Positions 9,831 to 20,431 are shown, numbered from the stretch's first letter. The stretch: 64,000 nt of DNA from an uncultured Prochlorococcus sp. (GCA_902627335.1 CACOIV010000002.1:15895-79894), one strand, 5' to 3'. The notes: a model not told the origin generated them from the sequence alone. A program made the numbers and translations.

Positions 9831-11639
9831 ATGAGTCTAATTGCTTTTTTCAGCGAAAACTATGATGCCTTGATCACGGTATTAGTTTTATCCTTATCTA
9901 TATTTTTATTTATAAGAAATACAATTGTTCCTGAGCTAACAGGTTTATTAACTGTTGCAATTTTTATTGTAACGGGAGTTCTTTCTCCACAAAAAGCATT
10001 ATCCGGATTTGGAAGCCCCTCTTTAATAACGCTAATGGGCTTATTTTCAATATCGTCAGCATTAGTTAAGAGCGGATCTCTTGATAGGGTAAGGGAACTT
10101 TTAGCTTCTGAAAGTATTAAGACTTCGAAGCGATTTATTACATTATTGGCTTTTGTAGTAGCGCCTATCTCAGGAATAGTACCAAATACTCCTCTTGTGG
10201 CCTCTCTTTTGCCACTGGTAGAGGGATGGTGTATTAAAAGAAATATTGCACCCTCCAAAGTTCTTTTGCCTTTATCTTTTGCAGTATTGCTTGGAGGTAC
10301 TATTACCCTTTTGGGTAGTTCAGTAAATCTTCTTGTTAGTGATATTAGCGAGCAGTTAGGTTATGGATCTCTTGAATTATTTAGTGTTACTGCAATAGGA
10401 GTTCCAGTTTGGTTGATAGGTACTACTTATTTGATACTTGTTTCTGATAAATTGCTTCCTGACAGAGGTTTTAGTAATGCTTTATCAAATAATATAAATT
10501 TAAATAATTATTGTACTGAAGTAACTATTCCACAGGATTCTAAATTAGTTGGACAATCACTACGTAATAGTAGACTTCAGAGGAGATTTGATGTAGATGT
10601 TATTCAATTGCAAAGGAATGGCAAAACAATTCTTCCTCCTCTTGCCGATAGAAAGATTGAGCCTGATGATAGATTATTAATTAGAGTCACACGATCAGAT
10701 TTATTAAGATTAGAACAAGAGCGAACAGTATTATTAGCAGAAAAGATAGACTCCTATCAGAAAAATATTTTTATTAACTCTTCTGAAGGAACGAAGACTT
10801 TCGAATCATTACTTCCTGCAGGCTCAACGCTTGCTGGTGCGAGTTTAAGAGAATTGAGATTTAGGCAGAGATATAATGCTACGGTTCTAGCCTTAAGAAG
10901 AGGTCAGCAAACTATTCAAGAAAGGTTAGGTCAATGTATTCTGAGAGCCGGAGATGTATTGCTTATCCAAGCACCTTTAGATTCTATTAGGGGGTTGCAA
11001 TCTAGCAATGATTTACTCGTTTTAGATCAGGTAGATGATGATTTACCTGTTTTGCGCAAAAAACCTATAGCCATTGCTATTGCTTTGTTTATGATTATTT
11101 TGCCTTCTGTAACAAATATTCCGCTTGTAGGATCAGTACTTTTAGCGGTAATTGCAATGGTTGTTTTTGGATGTTTGCGTCCATCAGAAATTAAGAGATC
11201 TATAAGATTAGATGTGCTTTTTTTATTGGGATCTTTGTCAAGCTTTAGTGTGGCTATCCAAAGTTCAGGTTTGGCAGATTTAATCGTTGTAAATTTAAAG
11301 TTTTTATTAGATGGTCTTCCAATTTACTTCGCATTGTTTGTTATTTTTATATTTACCGTGGTTATTACGCAATTTATTAGTAATGCTGCTTCAGTAGCCT
11401 TGATTTTACCGGTAGCCATTGAATTCGCATCAACCTTAAAAATAGCGCCTAACGCGATCATTCTTCTTGTGTTATTTGCTGCAAGTCAATCTTATTTAAC
11501 TCCTATGGGTTATCAAACAAATCTAATGGTTTATGTTCCGGGAAGATATAAATTCCTTGATATTGCAAAATATGGGGTAGGGTTAACTATTATAATGTCA
11601 GTATTTATTCCATTCTTAATAATTTTAAATTTCAAGTAA
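9831..11639 (+). CDS. SLC13/CitT family permease with TrkA-C domains
   Basis: multiple TM segments, two TrkA_C-like repeats, TPMGYQTNLMV. Confidence 0.88.
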   Translation: MSLIAFFSENYDALITVLVLSLSIFLFIRNTIVPELTGLLTVAIFIVTGVLSPQKALSGFGSPSLITLMGLFSISSALVKSGSLDRVRELLASESIKTSKRFITLLAFVVAPISGIVPNTPLVASLLPLVEGWCIKRNIAPSKVLLPLSFAVLLGGTITLLGSSVNLLVSDISEQLGYGSLELFSVTAIGVPVWLIGTTYLILVSDKLLPDRGFSNALSNNINLNNYCTEVTIPQDSKLVGQSLRNSRLQRRFDVDVIQLQRNGKTILPPLADRKIEPDDRLLIRVTRSDLLRLEQERTVLLAEKIDSYQKNIFINSSEGTKTFESLLPAGSTLAGASLRELRFRQRYNATVLALRRGQQTIQERLGQCILRAGDVLLIQAPLDSIRGLQSSNDLLVLDQVDDDLPVLRKKPIAIAIALFMIILPSVTNIPLVGSVLLAVIAMVVFGCLRPSEIKRSIRLDVLFLLGSLSSFSVAIQSSGLADLIVVNLKFLLDGLPIYFALFVIFIFTVVITQFISNAASVALILPVAIEFASTLKIAPNAIILLVLFAASQSYLTPMGYQTNLMVYVPGRYKFLDIAKYGVGLTIIMSVFIPFLIILNFK

Positions 11640-11640
11640 A

Positions 11641-13062
11641 TTGCTATCTGTTAATAAAGTGGACTTTAATCATTCTGTTTATAGGCTTAAAGACTTTTAT
11701 AGAAAGTTAACTGTCCCGCAATTTACTATTGTTACTGGATTAATAGTAATTTTTATAGGAACATTAGTATTAAGTACTCCTTTATGTTCTTCTCAAAATG
11801 TGGGACTTTGGGAAGCTTTTTTTACTTCTACTTCGGCTATTACCGTAACTGGGCTTACAGTAATTGATATTGGTTCAGACCTTACAATTTTTGGGCAAAT
11901 TTTTTTAGCTTTTATGCTTCTTTCCGGAGGCCTTGGCTTAATGGCAATTACTACTTTTTTGCAGGGATTTGTTGTGAAGGGAGCAAAGTTAAGAACCAGA
12001 CTTGATAAAGGAAAAACTCTTGATGAGTTTGGGGTTGGGGGTATTGGTAGGACTTTTAAAAGTATTGCAATAACAGCTGCAAGTATTATTTCTTTAGGAG
12101 CATTTATTTTATACTTTTTTGGTTTTATCAACATTAATAATTCTTGGGAAAGATTGTGGGTCTCGATATTCCATAGCATTTCAGCATATAATAATGCAGG
12201 TTTTTCTATATGGAATTCAAGTATTTATGGATATAGAACAAATTTTGTAGTTAATTTCGTTTTTATAGTTTTAATCGTTCTCGGCGGTCTTGGGTGGAGA
12301 GTAATTGATGATATTTGGACTCATAGGCATAATTTAAGATATAAAAAACTTACATTACATAGCAAACTTGTAATTAGGACAACTTTGAATCTAATTTTAT
12401 TTGGATCAATTGGATTTTTAATAACCGAGTCGCTTCTTAATGGTCAATTCTTTTCAGGTTTAAATTTCTTTGAGAGAATACTTTCGGCTTTATTTGAAAC
12501 TATTAGTGCTAGGACTGCTGGATTTACTAATTACCCCATCTCTTTAAATACAATTTCAGATACAGGAATTTTACTTCTCATGACATTAATGTTTATTGGT
12601 GCAAGCACGGGAGGCACAGGAGGTGGAATTAAAACAACAACTTTTATAGCACTTATGGCTGCTACAAGATCAACATTAAGAGGTCAAAAAGATGTAGTTA
12701 TCAGTAATAGATTAATTTCAGATAAAGTAATCTTAAAGGCTGTTGGAATAACAGTTGGATCTTTACTTTTTGTCCTTCTTATGGCGATGCTTTTAAGTAC
12801 TACAAATACTTTTGTAAATAGAGAAAAATTTACTTTTTTAGAAATGCTTTTCACTTGTATTTCTGCTTTTGCAACTGTTGGTTTTGATATAGGGTTAACA
12901 AATAAATTAAATCATTTTGGTCAATTCATTCTGATTATTGGTATGTTTGTGGGCCGACTTGGTATACTTTTGCTTCTAAGCGCTGTATGGGAAGCTCTTT
13001 ATAAGGGTAGAATAAATAAACAAAAGAGAATTGGTTATCCAAAAGCTGATCTTTATGTTTAG
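11641..13062 (+). CDS. ktrB: Trk/Ktr K+ uptake membrane subunit
   Basis: TSAITVTGL, SAYNNAGF, RTAGF, GGTGGGIKTTT, SAFATVG. Confidence 0.92.
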   Translation: MLSVNKVDFNHSVYRLKDFYRKLTVPQFTIVTGLIVIFIGTLVLSTPLCSSQNVGLWEAFFTSTSAITVTGLTVIDIGSDLTIFGQIFLAFMLLSGGLGLMAITTFLQGFVVKGAKLRTRLDKGKTLDEFGVGGIGRTFKSIAITAASIISLGAFILYFFGFININNSWERLWVSIFHSISAYNNAGFSIWNSSIYGYRTNFVVNFVFIVLIVLGGLGWRVIDDIWTHRHNLRYKKLTLHSKLVIRTTLNLILFGSIGFLITESLLNGQFFSGLNFFERILSALFETISARTAGFTNYPISLNTISDTGILLLMTLMFIGASTGGTGGGIKTTTFIALMAATRSTLRGQKDVVISNRLISDKVILKAVGITVGSLLFVLLMAMLLSTTNTFVNREKFTFLEMLFTCISAFATVGFDIGLTNKLNHFGQFILIIGMFVGRLGILLLLSAVWEALYKGRINKQKRIGYPKADLYV

Positions 13063-13079
13063 CAGTTACTGATTTTATT

Positions 13080-13784
13080 ATGGCTGATTGGTGGCAATGG
13101 TCCCCTCAAAAAGGGAAAGAAGATCTTACATTTGCAGTAGTTGGTGTTGGAAGGTTTGGTACTGCAGTGTGCAGGGAACTTATAAGCAATGGTGCTGACG
13201 TCTTAGCAGCTGATTACTCAGAAAAAGCTATTGATGACTTAAGGCAATTAGAACCCTCTATAGAAGCTAGAGTTGTAGATTGCACCGATGAAGAGTCAAT
13301 GAGAGAATCTGGAATATTGGAAATGAATACACTGGTGGTAGGTATAAGCGAACCTATTGAGGCAAGTATTACCACTACTCTTATCGCTAAAGATAGTGAT
13401 GGCACACAAGTTAAAAGAGTGATTGCTCGAGCAACTAGCGATCTCCATGAAAAAATGCTTCTTAGAGTTGGTGCTGATAAAGTCGTCTTCCCATCAAGGA
13501 TGCAAGGTGAAAGGCTAGGGTTGGAACTCGTAAGGCCAAATTTGATTGAAAGACTTGAATTAGATAATCAAACAGGTATAGATGAAATTACGGTGCCTGA
13601 AGATTTTATTGGAAGATCACTCAGAGATTTAAATCTAAGAAAAAACTACTTAGTAAATGTTTTAGCAGCAGGACCTGCTGAGCAGCTAACTGTAAATCCT
13701 CCTGCAAAATATATCCTAGAGAGAGGTAATGTCTTAGTAGTTATGGGTTCTATGGAAGATTTGCAAAGATTGCCACAAAAATAA
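13080..13784 (+). CDS. ktrA: Trk/Ktr K+ uptake NAD-binding subunit
   Basis: GVGRFG Rossmann motif, GADKVVFP, TrkA_C; follows ktrB. Confidence 0.92.
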   Translation: MADWWQWSPQKGKEDLTFAVVGVGRFGTAVCRELISNGADVLAADYSEKAIDDLRQLEPSIEARVVDCTDEESMRESGILEMNTLVVGISEPIEASITTTLIAKDSDGTQVKRVIARATSDLHEKMLLRVGADKVVFPSRMQGERLGLELVRPNLIERLELDNQTGIDEITVPEDFIGRSLRDLNLRKNYLVNVLAAGPAEQLTVNPPAKYILERGNVLVVMGSMEDLQRLPQK

Positions 13785-13785
13785 A

Positions 13786-14088
13786 TTATGAATCTCTTGT
13801 TTGATTGAAGTATCTAATTCTTTTAGGAGCCCCTTTAAGTTTAGGAATACTTTGTTTTTCTAATTTATCTCTAAAGTTTTCTGTATTTGATTTCGCGAGA
13901 AGGGGTTTGCCTTTTAACTCAAGATAATTCTCTATTCCTTTTTGAATTAATACCTTTGCCATATTACTTACTGTTCTTGATTCCTCTTCGGCTAGTGATG
14001 CAAGTTGATCACAGAGATTCTCGGGTAGGACCACCTGTATTCGGGGCGATTTCGGCTTTCCGTTTGTTGAATTTTGCCTAGTTGCCAT
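13786..14088 (-). CDS. ribbon-helix-helix (CopG-like) DNA-binding protein
   Basis: RIQVVLP...LAEEESRTVSNMAKVLI. Confidence 0.8.
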   Translation of the reverse strand: MATRQNSTNGKPKSPRIQVVLPENLCDQLASLAEEESRTVSNMAKVLIQKGIENYLELKGKPLLAKSNTENFRDKLEKQSIPKLKGAPKRIRYFNQTRDS

Positions 14089-14100
14089 GAGTAGGACTTC

Positions 14101-14131
14101 CTAACTGTTACTTATTAGTATACACAGTTAG
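14101..14131. promoter_or_regulatory. inverted repeat in divergent promoter, candidate RHH operator
   Basis: CTAACTGT-N15-ACAGTTAG just upstream of the RHH start codon. Confidence 0.45.
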
Positions 14132-14196
14132 TCAAGGGTAGTATCTTTGTGTATAATATACGTATAGGAATTTAGATTTTATCATCTTTGAACTAA

Positions 14197-14535
14197 TTGA
14201 TTATGAAACATTCAGCGAAAGTAAATCCTAAAAGCCGTAGGATGACCAATCAGCGAACAAAAAGGTTATTAAATATTAATACTGAGAAAAGCAGTGATGT
14301 GCTTATTTCAGCTGTAGTTAGTCCATATCTTTTAACTCATTTACATCAAATATTGCAAAAATCAGAATTTAATGCCAAAAAAGATGGCAGGTTATCTCAT
14401 GCCGCGAATTTTGCTAAATTGCGGAAAGTTTTGTGCCTTGATGCTCGCAGTATGGAGGATGCTTCTGCTCAGGAAATTATTGATACTGATAATGATGGTT
14501 ACACAAATGACAATAAACAGCAAAATGTGGCTTAA
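14197..14535 (+). CDS. conserved hypothetical protein
   Basis: 112-aa ORF; SDVLISAVVSPYLLTHLH...LRKVLCLDARSM. Confidence 0.7.
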   Translation: MIMKHSAKVNPKSRRMTNQRTKRLLNINTEKSSDVLISAVVSPYLLTHLHQILQKSEFNAKKDGRLSHAANFAKLRKVLCLDARSMEDASAQEIIDTDNDGYTNDNKQQNVA

Positions 14536-14556
14536 AGGAATATTGTATTATTATTA

Positions 14557-14802
14557 ATGATTAAAGAAATTATGACAAAGAATGCAGAAAAACTATATCA
14601 GATTATTGATAAAGATTATGAAAAAAAACAAATTCTATTTAGGATAGCTTTAAATGATCCAAAATCAGCATTAAAAAAAATCTGTGAAATTGGAGATGAA
14701 CTTAATATAAAAGTTACAGAAGAGGAAGTTATTGAATATTTAAGTACATTAGACGATGAACTAACCAAATTTTGGTTAGTCAAAGTAAGAGGAGGGTTGT
14801 AA
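14557..14802 (+). CDS. conserved hypothetical small helical protein
   Basis: 81-aa ORF ending FWLVKVRGGL. Confidence 0.65.
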   Translation: MIKEIMTKNAEKLYQIIDKDYEKKQILFRIALNDPKSALKKICEIGDELNIKVTEEEVIEYLSTLDDELTKFWLVKVRGGL

Positions 14803-14946
14803 GTTCTTTTCTGATTTAATATCAACAGTGGGCTTTGTTCTTTTTTCGTAACCACCGCCCCCTGCCATTGTCCAAAAAAACCAATAGCTTGGTATTGATA
14901 GTCCAGCTGCTATGAATATAGCTACAATTTGTTCTATTCTTTTCAT
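14776..14946 (-). CDS. small membrane protein (56 aa), not in ORF track
   Basis: MKRIEQIVAIFIAAGLSIPSYWFFWTMAGGGGYEKRTKP...YFD*. Confidence 0.6.
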   Translation of the reverse strand: MKRIEQIVAIFIAAGLSIPSYWFFWTMAGGGGYEKRTKPTVDIKSEKNLQPSSYFD

Positions 14947-15014
14947 ATCAAGAATTTTACTGATTTTATTTTGGTATTGAAAAAGCTAATATATAAATTG
15001 TATTACTTTATGCA

Positions 15015-16628
15015 GTGATTAGATTAGAAGGTATTTCAAAAATATATTCAACAGATATTGTCTTGAAAGAAGTGAATTGGGATATTAAAAGAGGGGAGAA
15101 AATAGGTTTAGTTGGTTCTAATGGTTCTGGAAAAACAACACAGTTAAAAATTTTAATTGGAGATGTAGAACAGACAAGTGGAGAGATTGTTAAGGAAGGA
15201 AATCCTAAAATTGCATATTTAAAACAAGAATTTGATTTAAATCAAAATTGTACTTTAAGAGAAGAATTAGAAAATACTTTTGTAGAGGTTCAGCTTATTA
15301 AAAATAAATTGAAAGAAATAGAATTAAAAATGAAAGACTCCAATTCATTAGATAATTTGGAGAGCTTAGCAAATCAATTAGGGATGTATCAAAGAAAATT
15401 TGAAGCATTAGGTGGTTATCAAATCAAATATGACGTCGAAAAAATTTTACCAAAATTGGGTTTCTCAACCCAAGACGCAAGTACACTAGTTGCTAATTTT
15501 TCAGGTGGATGGCAAATGAGAATTGCTTTAGGAAAAATAATGTTACAAAAGCCAGATTTAATTTTATTGGATGAGCCTACTAACCATTTGGACTTAGAAA
15601 CTATTCTTTGGCTTGAAAATTATTTAATACCCTTGAATATATCAATTATATTAATAAGTCATGATCGTTATTTTTTGGATAAATTGTGCAATAAAGTTGT
15701 TTTTATTGAGAATGGTATATCTCATACTTTTAAAGGTAATTATTCATTTTTTTTACAGCAAAAACTAATTAATGATCATAATCAAATTAAAAAATATGAA
15801 ACTCAACAAAAAGAACTTAAAAGTCAGCAACAATATATAGATAAATTTAGAGCTAGTGCAAATAGAAGTTCACAAGCTAAAAGTAGAGAAAAACAAATTC
15901 AAAAAATAGAGAAAATAGAGAGCCCAGTAAAACAATTTAAAAGTCCATCCTTTTCATTTTCAGATTGCCCTAGGTCTAGTAAATCTGTTTTAGAAATAAA
16001 GGATTTATGTCATAGTTATGATGATAATATAATTTTCTTTGAAACAAACTTAAAAATTTCATCAGGAGATAAAGTCGGATTGATAGGTCCTAATGGATCT
16101 GGTAAATCAACTTTATTCAAATTAATCGTCGATCAAATTGCCCCAGAATTAGGAGAAATCTCTTTAGGCAAAACAAATTTAATGATGCGCTATTATGCTC
16201 AAAATCAAGCTGATGCATTAGATTTGGATCATTTAGTTATTGACTTATTATATAAAAATGCACCAAATTGGTCTCAAGAAAAAGTAAGAACTTATTTGGG
16301 TAATTTTGGTTTTTATAAAGATTCAGTATTCAAATTTGTAAGACAATTAAGTGGCGGGGAAAAAGCAAGGTTGGCTTTGGCGTTAATAATTATGAGGCCG
16401 AGTAATTTTTTACTTCTTGATGAACCAACAAATCATCTGGATCTTCAGTCAAAAGAAAATTTGGAAAAAGCGCTCTCTTTGTATAAAGGAACTATTTTTT
16501 TTATATCTCATGATAGGTATTTTATTTCTAAGGTTGCTAATAAAATAGTTGAAATTAATGACTGTCAATTAAAAGTTTTTAATGGAAATTACGAATATTA
16601 TTTACACAAAAAAGAGAAACTTATTTAA
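15015..16628 (+). CDS. ABC-F family ATP-binding protein
   Basis: two NBDs (GSNGSGKT, GPNGSGKS; SGGWQMR, SGGEKAR; LLDEPTNHLD twice), no TM domain. Confidence 0.93.
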   Translation: MIRLEGISKIYSTDIVLKEVNWDIKRGEKIGLVGSNGSGKTTQLKILIGDVEQTSGEIVKEGNPKIAYLKQEFDLNQNCTLREELENTFVEVQLIKNKLKEIELKMKDSNSLDNLESLANQLGMYQRKFEALGGYQIKYDVEKILPKLGFSTQDASTLVANFSGGWQMRIALGKIMLQKPDLILLDEPTNHLDLETILWLENYLIPLNISIILISHDRYFLDKLCNKVVFIENGISHTFKGNYSFFLQQKLINDHNQIKKYETQQKELKSQQQYIDKFRASANRSSQAKSREKQIQKIEKIESPVKQFKSPSFSFSDCPRSSKSVLEIKDLCHSYDDNIIFFETNLKISSGDKVGLIGPNGSGKSTLFKLIVDQIAPELGEISLGKTNLMMRYYAQNQADALDLDHLVIDLLYKNAPNWSQEKVRTYLGNFGFYKDSVFKFVRQLSGGEKARLALALIIMRPSNFLLLDEPTNHLDLQSKENLEKALSLYKGTIFFISHDRYFISKVANKIVEINDCQLKVFNGNYEYYLHKKEKLI

Positions 16629-16792
16629 TATAAATTAACTTTTATATTAAGTATTTATTCTCATAAATGTATATATAGTAAAAACTTTTATATTTCAGAA
16701 ACTTTACATTTATATAGGCAAGATCACTCATTTATCTTTACATAATTCTTAGTCTTTGTTTAATCTATTTACTACTAAGTTTATTATTAAAT

Positions 16793-16942
16793 ATGTTTGG
16801 AGAAAATGAAGATTTAAAAAAACTAAATGGTGTACATGTTGATCCTGTAGAACATTATTTTGAGTGTATTTCTTCTTGTGATATTGCAGATGGAAAATGT
16901 ATATCTAAATGTGTAGAAATACTTCGGGAGCATAACAATTAA
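16793..16942 (+). CDS. small four-cysteine protein (49 aa), not in ORF track
   Basis: MFGENEDLKKLNGVHVDPVEHYFECISSCDIADGKCISKCVEILREHNN*. Confidence 0.7.
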   Translation: MFGENEDLKKLNGVHVDPVEHYFECISSCDIADGKCISKCVEILREHNN

Positions 16943-16945
16943 ATT

Positions 16946-18100
16946 TTAATTTTTCCCAAGTTCTCTAATATCAACTGGCTTAATATTTAACTTAATTTTT
17001 TTAGTATTTCTTTTTACAGTAAACTTAGCAGATTTTTTAATGCCATTTTTATTGATTGCATTAATTACATCTGAAGATTTTTTAATATCGTCCTGATTAA
17101 TTTTAATTATTATATCTCCAATTAAAATCCCATTTTTTGCTGCTGGGCTGTTTGGAACAACGTAGCCTACTTTTACTCTATTTTCGTTTATTTTTGTAGA
17201 TAGTTCATTAATTAAACTTATCCCGATCATAGGGTGTGTTACTTTGCCAGTCTTAACTAATTGTTTTGCAATCTCTTGGGCTTTATTTATTGGAATAGCA
17301 AAGCTTAAACCTGCACCTGGACCTGATCTGATAAGTGTATTTATGCCAACTACTTCGCCATTCGCATTAAGAAGTGGCCCTCCAGAATTACCTGGATTTA
17401 TAGCAGCATCTGTTTGTATAAGATTAAACCTCTTATCGTAAATACCAAGTTGTGAAACATTGCGATTTAGGTTACTAATGATTCCTAATGTGACAGTATT
17501 TTCTAAACCAAATGGATTCCCAACGGCAATAGCCCAATCTCCAACTTTAATCTGGTTAGAATTTCCTAATGTCGCTTTCGGCCAAGGACCCTTTCCTAAG
17601 AGTTTAACTATAGCTAAATCAGATATTGAATCTTCACCTATAACTTGCCCCTTAAATTTTCTTCCATCTGTTAACCCAATTATTATTTTATCTGAGTTGC
17701 TAACTACATGTGCATTAGTAATTACTAAGCCATCTGCAAATATAAAGCCACTCCCTTGACTCTGTTCAATCCTGGGTTCTGTGTCTTCAGGCAGCCTTAA
17801 TCCGAAAAATCTTTCAAAATATGGATCTAACAATATATTAGAATTGTTAGAGATAACTTTTCTTTTAACTAGTCTTTGATTTTCAATCGTTACAACTGAT
17901 GGTCCAGCTTTTTCAATTGCTGATGTTATGAAAGACTGTCTTATACCTAATATATTTTGATAATTATTTGGTTGAGGTAGTGGATTTGATAAGGCTTTAA
18001 ATGTAGCAAAATTAGTGCCAAGTGCTATTAAAGAGGGCAAGATTAATTTTTTAGAGAAAATAATATTTTTATGAGATAAGAAATAATTTGCTAAATTCAT
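16946..18100 (-). CDS. HtrA/DegQ family serine protease with PDZ domain
   Basis: TNAHVV, DLAI, QTDAAINPGNSGGPL. Confidence 0.95.
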   Translation of the reverse strand: MNLANYFLSHKNIIFSKKLILPSLIALGTNFATFKALSNPLPQPNNYQNILGIRQSFITSAIEKAGPSVVTIENQRLVKRKVISNNSNILLDPYFERFFGLRLPEDTEPRIEQSQGSGFIFADGLVITNAHVVSNSDKIIIGLTDGRKFKGQVIGEDSISDLAIVKLLGKGPWPKATLGNSNQIKVGDWAIAVGNPFGLENTVTLGIISNLNRNVSQLGIYDKRFNLIQTDAAINPGNSGGPLLNANGEVVGINTLIRSGPGAGLSFAIPINKAQEIAKQLVKTGKVTHPMIGISLINELSTKINENRVKVGYVVPNSPAAKNGILIGDIIIKINQDDIKKSSDVINAINKNGIKKSAKFTVKRNTKKIKLNIKPVDIRELGKN

Positions 18101-18235
18101 TAAAAATGTAATTTAAATAATGATTAATTTAATTACATATTAATCAAAAAATTTATTAATTAAATTTGATCAAATTTTAATATTTTCAGGCTATTATGGG
18201 TAATATAGTCTTACAATAAAAAAAAGTATAACTTT

Positions 18236-18493
18236 ATGGCTCTTTTATTCCCAATTGTTTACTCTGCAGCTCTTATATTTCTTATCTGGAAGGCTTTTAA
18301 GGTGATGTCTACTGGTTGGAGTGTAAGTGACAAGACTGAAAAGAATCCTATAAATGTAAGATATCCTAATAAGTATACAATTCATCCCGAATTACTCGAT
18401 AAATCAGGAAATATTACTGATGAAGAACTTTTAACAGTTCGCTTCTCTAATGATAGTGATTCAACCATTGAAAAAGGAACTACTTCTGAATAA
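18236..18493 (+). CDS. DUF2973 family membrane protein
   Basis: N-terminal TM, HPELLD..G...EELLTVRF. Confidence 0.8.
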   Translation: MALLFPIVYSAALIFLIWKAFKVMSTGWSVSDKTEKNPINVRYPNKYTIHPELLDKSGNITDEELLTVRFSNDSDSTIEKGTTSE

Positions 18494-18531
18494 AAGTTGT
18501 ATACCAAATTATTTATTAATCGGAGATAAAA

Positions 18532-18915
18532 TTGGAACAAAAAACTAAAATAGTTGCTTCCGTAATTAGATCGCTTAAACTTCCTCCTCGTTTTAGAATT
18601 AAAATTTTAAAAGAAGATCCTGTAAGACTAGAATTAAGCCTAACTCCTTCCTATGGAAAAAATCCTGTAGTTGTTGGATTGGTTGAATCTTTAGATTTAG
18701 TTGCCCGAAGAGATAGGGAAGGCAGAATTCCCAAAGATCTTCCAGGTACTTGGGATTGGACAGTGAGGCATGGGAAGGTTAGTACTGGAGGTTGGAATCC
18801 TTTTCTAAAAGAGGCTTTGCAGACTATGTTTGAGACTGGTTTACCTGGCATTATTTATGAAGAACTGACGGGGGATGAATATAAACCTGTTGATGGAGTT
18901 AGGCATATTAAATAA
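18532..18915 (+). CDS. conserved cyanobacterial hypothetical protein
   Basis: WDWTVRHG...GGWNP..KEALQTMFETGLP. Confidence 0.75.
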   Translation: MEQKTKIVASVIRSLKLPPRFRIKILKEDPVRLELSLTPSYGKNPVVVGLVESLDLVARRDREGRIPKDLPGTWDWTVRHGKVSTGGWNPFLKEALQTMFETGLPGIIYEELTGDEYKPVDGVRHIK

Positions 18916-18983
18916 AACATGAAATATTTTTCATATTTTTAGCGAAAAAACGCTAAAATACTATAAAACAGAATTGATTAATT

Positions 18984-19130
18984 ATGAATGAGGAGAATCA
19001 GACCAGATTTGGTTTTGTCAATTTTGCTGAGACATGGAATGGTCGTTTAGCAATGATGGGCATATTGATAGGGTTAGGAACAGAGCTTATCACTGGACAA
19101 AGTATTTTGAGACAAATTGGTATCGGTTAA
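18984..19130 (+). CDS. hli: high-light inducible protein (48 aa), not in ORF track
   Basis: MNEENQTRFGFVNFAETWNGRLAMMGILIGLGTELITGQSILRQIGIG*; AExxNGRLAM motif. Confidence 0.95.
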   Translation: MNEENQTRFGFVNFAETWNGRLAMMGILIGLGTELITGQSILRQIGIG

Positions 19131-19149
19131 ATTATATATCATTTTTTAT

Positions 19150-19476
19150 TTAATTAATTTCTTCAGCTTTTACTTCAATTATTTTATTGCTTGCGTCAGA
19201 TGATAAATCATCATCTTCTTGAATATTTTTGATAGTTTTACAACCACAGTAAGGACAATTGACATTATTACCTATAATAGTTGATCCGCAACTTTCACAT
19301 AAGTTGATACTTGATTTAAAAAAATTTAGCCCTAAAAATCCTAGGATTAATATTAGAAGTGGAACTAAGACGATCAATAACAAGATATTTCCAAGCAAGC
19401 CTACTAAAAATTTGAATCCAAAAAGTGGGATTATTAAAATAAAAATTAATGAATAAGGGATTATTTTATTTTGCAT
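19150..19476 (-). CDS. membrane protein with zinc ribbon
   Basis: two TM segments then CESC...CPYC. Confidence 0.75.
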   Translation of the reverse strand: MQNKIIPYSLIFILIIPLFGFKFLVGLLGNILLLIVLVPLLILILGFLGLNFFKSSINLCESCGSTIIGNNVNCPYCGCKTIKNIQEDDDLSSDASNKIIEVKAEEIN

Positions 19477-19483
19477 AAAAAAA

Positions 19484-20431
19484 CTAACGCATAAATTGTT
19501 TTCTATATTTATCTTTTTGAATTTTAACTATAGACATGCTCGCTATAACAACGCTCCAACATTGTCCAAAATATAAAATAACTCCTAGTAGCCAAACCCA
19601 TAAAGTTAGAACTAGAAAGCCTCCTATAAAGCCATAGGCTTGGAATCTAACACCTAAAGATAAGATACTTTTACTTACTGCCAAATTTAAAGATGTCAAA
19701 AGAATTCCAATTAGGATTGATCCTGGAATTAATGGTTTTAAAGGGACTTTTCTGCTTGGTAATAAAGCTTGCAATAGCAACGCCATTAAAGAGAATCCAA
19801 TCATAGGGACTGCGAACTGCCCTACTTGTAATACAGGTAATTTTAAAATTATATTTGATAACCAATTACTTGAAGAAGATATTTCTTCAAGAACTACTCC
19901 TGGGATCATTCTTAAATTTGCGCTGATTTGGTCTAAGACCATAAGAAAACCTATGAAAAAAACTATTACAAAGGCTTCAATTCTATTTCTTAGAAATTTT
20001 GATGCTTGCTCTCTCCAAGGTGAAAAACTTTTTTTAGTGGGCAGCTCATCTTCCCAAAGGCGGTCAGATCCTCTTTGAAGTGATAGATAAGCATTTCCAG
20101 CGGTAAAAAGTAAAAACATTGCGCCTAAAATCCCTGCTCCAAAACCTTGATCTATAAGTTTGAATAATGTAGTTTCTACTAGTTCTACAACTGATGGTGG
20201 TAATACTTGTGCTGCAACTAAAATTATCTTTTCATCAAGTCCTTCTTGTTTTCCAAGAAACCATGAAGCTACTGATAAAGATATTAAAAGAATAGGAAAA
20301 AATGATTGGAGTGCATAATATGCGAAAGCTGCACTTAAATCTATACAATCTGATTTACTCCATCTTTCACAAGCACCCCAGAAACTTTTAAGAATCCATT
20401 TGGTACTACTTTGCATATTAATTCTCTTCAA
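19484..20431 (-). CDS. YihY/virulence factor BrkB family membrane protein
   Basis: SAAFAYYALQSFFP, AYGFIGG..V..LWVW; likely start ATG 20416. Confidence 0.88.
   Translation of the reverse strand: MKRINMQSSTKWILKSFWGACERWSKSDCIDLSAAFAYYALQSFFPILLISLSVASWFLGKQEGLDEKIILVAAQVLPPSVVELVETTLFKLIDQGFGAGILGAMFLLFTAGNAYLSLQRGSDRLWEDELPTKKSFSPWREQASKFLRNRIEAFVIVFFIGFLMVLDQISANLRMIPGVVLEEISSSSNWLSNIILKLPVLQVGQFAVPMIGFSLMALLLQALLPSRKVPLKPLIPGSILIGILLTSLNLAVSKSILSLGVRFQAYGFIGGFLVLTLWVWLLGVILYFGQCWSVVIASMSIVKIQKDKYRKQFMR

Noticed and set aside
14557-14802. Nif11-type RiPP (prochlorosin) precursor because of the GG near the C-terminus
   Set aside because: Only one residue follows GG, so there is no core peptide, and no modifying enzyme or peptidase transporter is nearby
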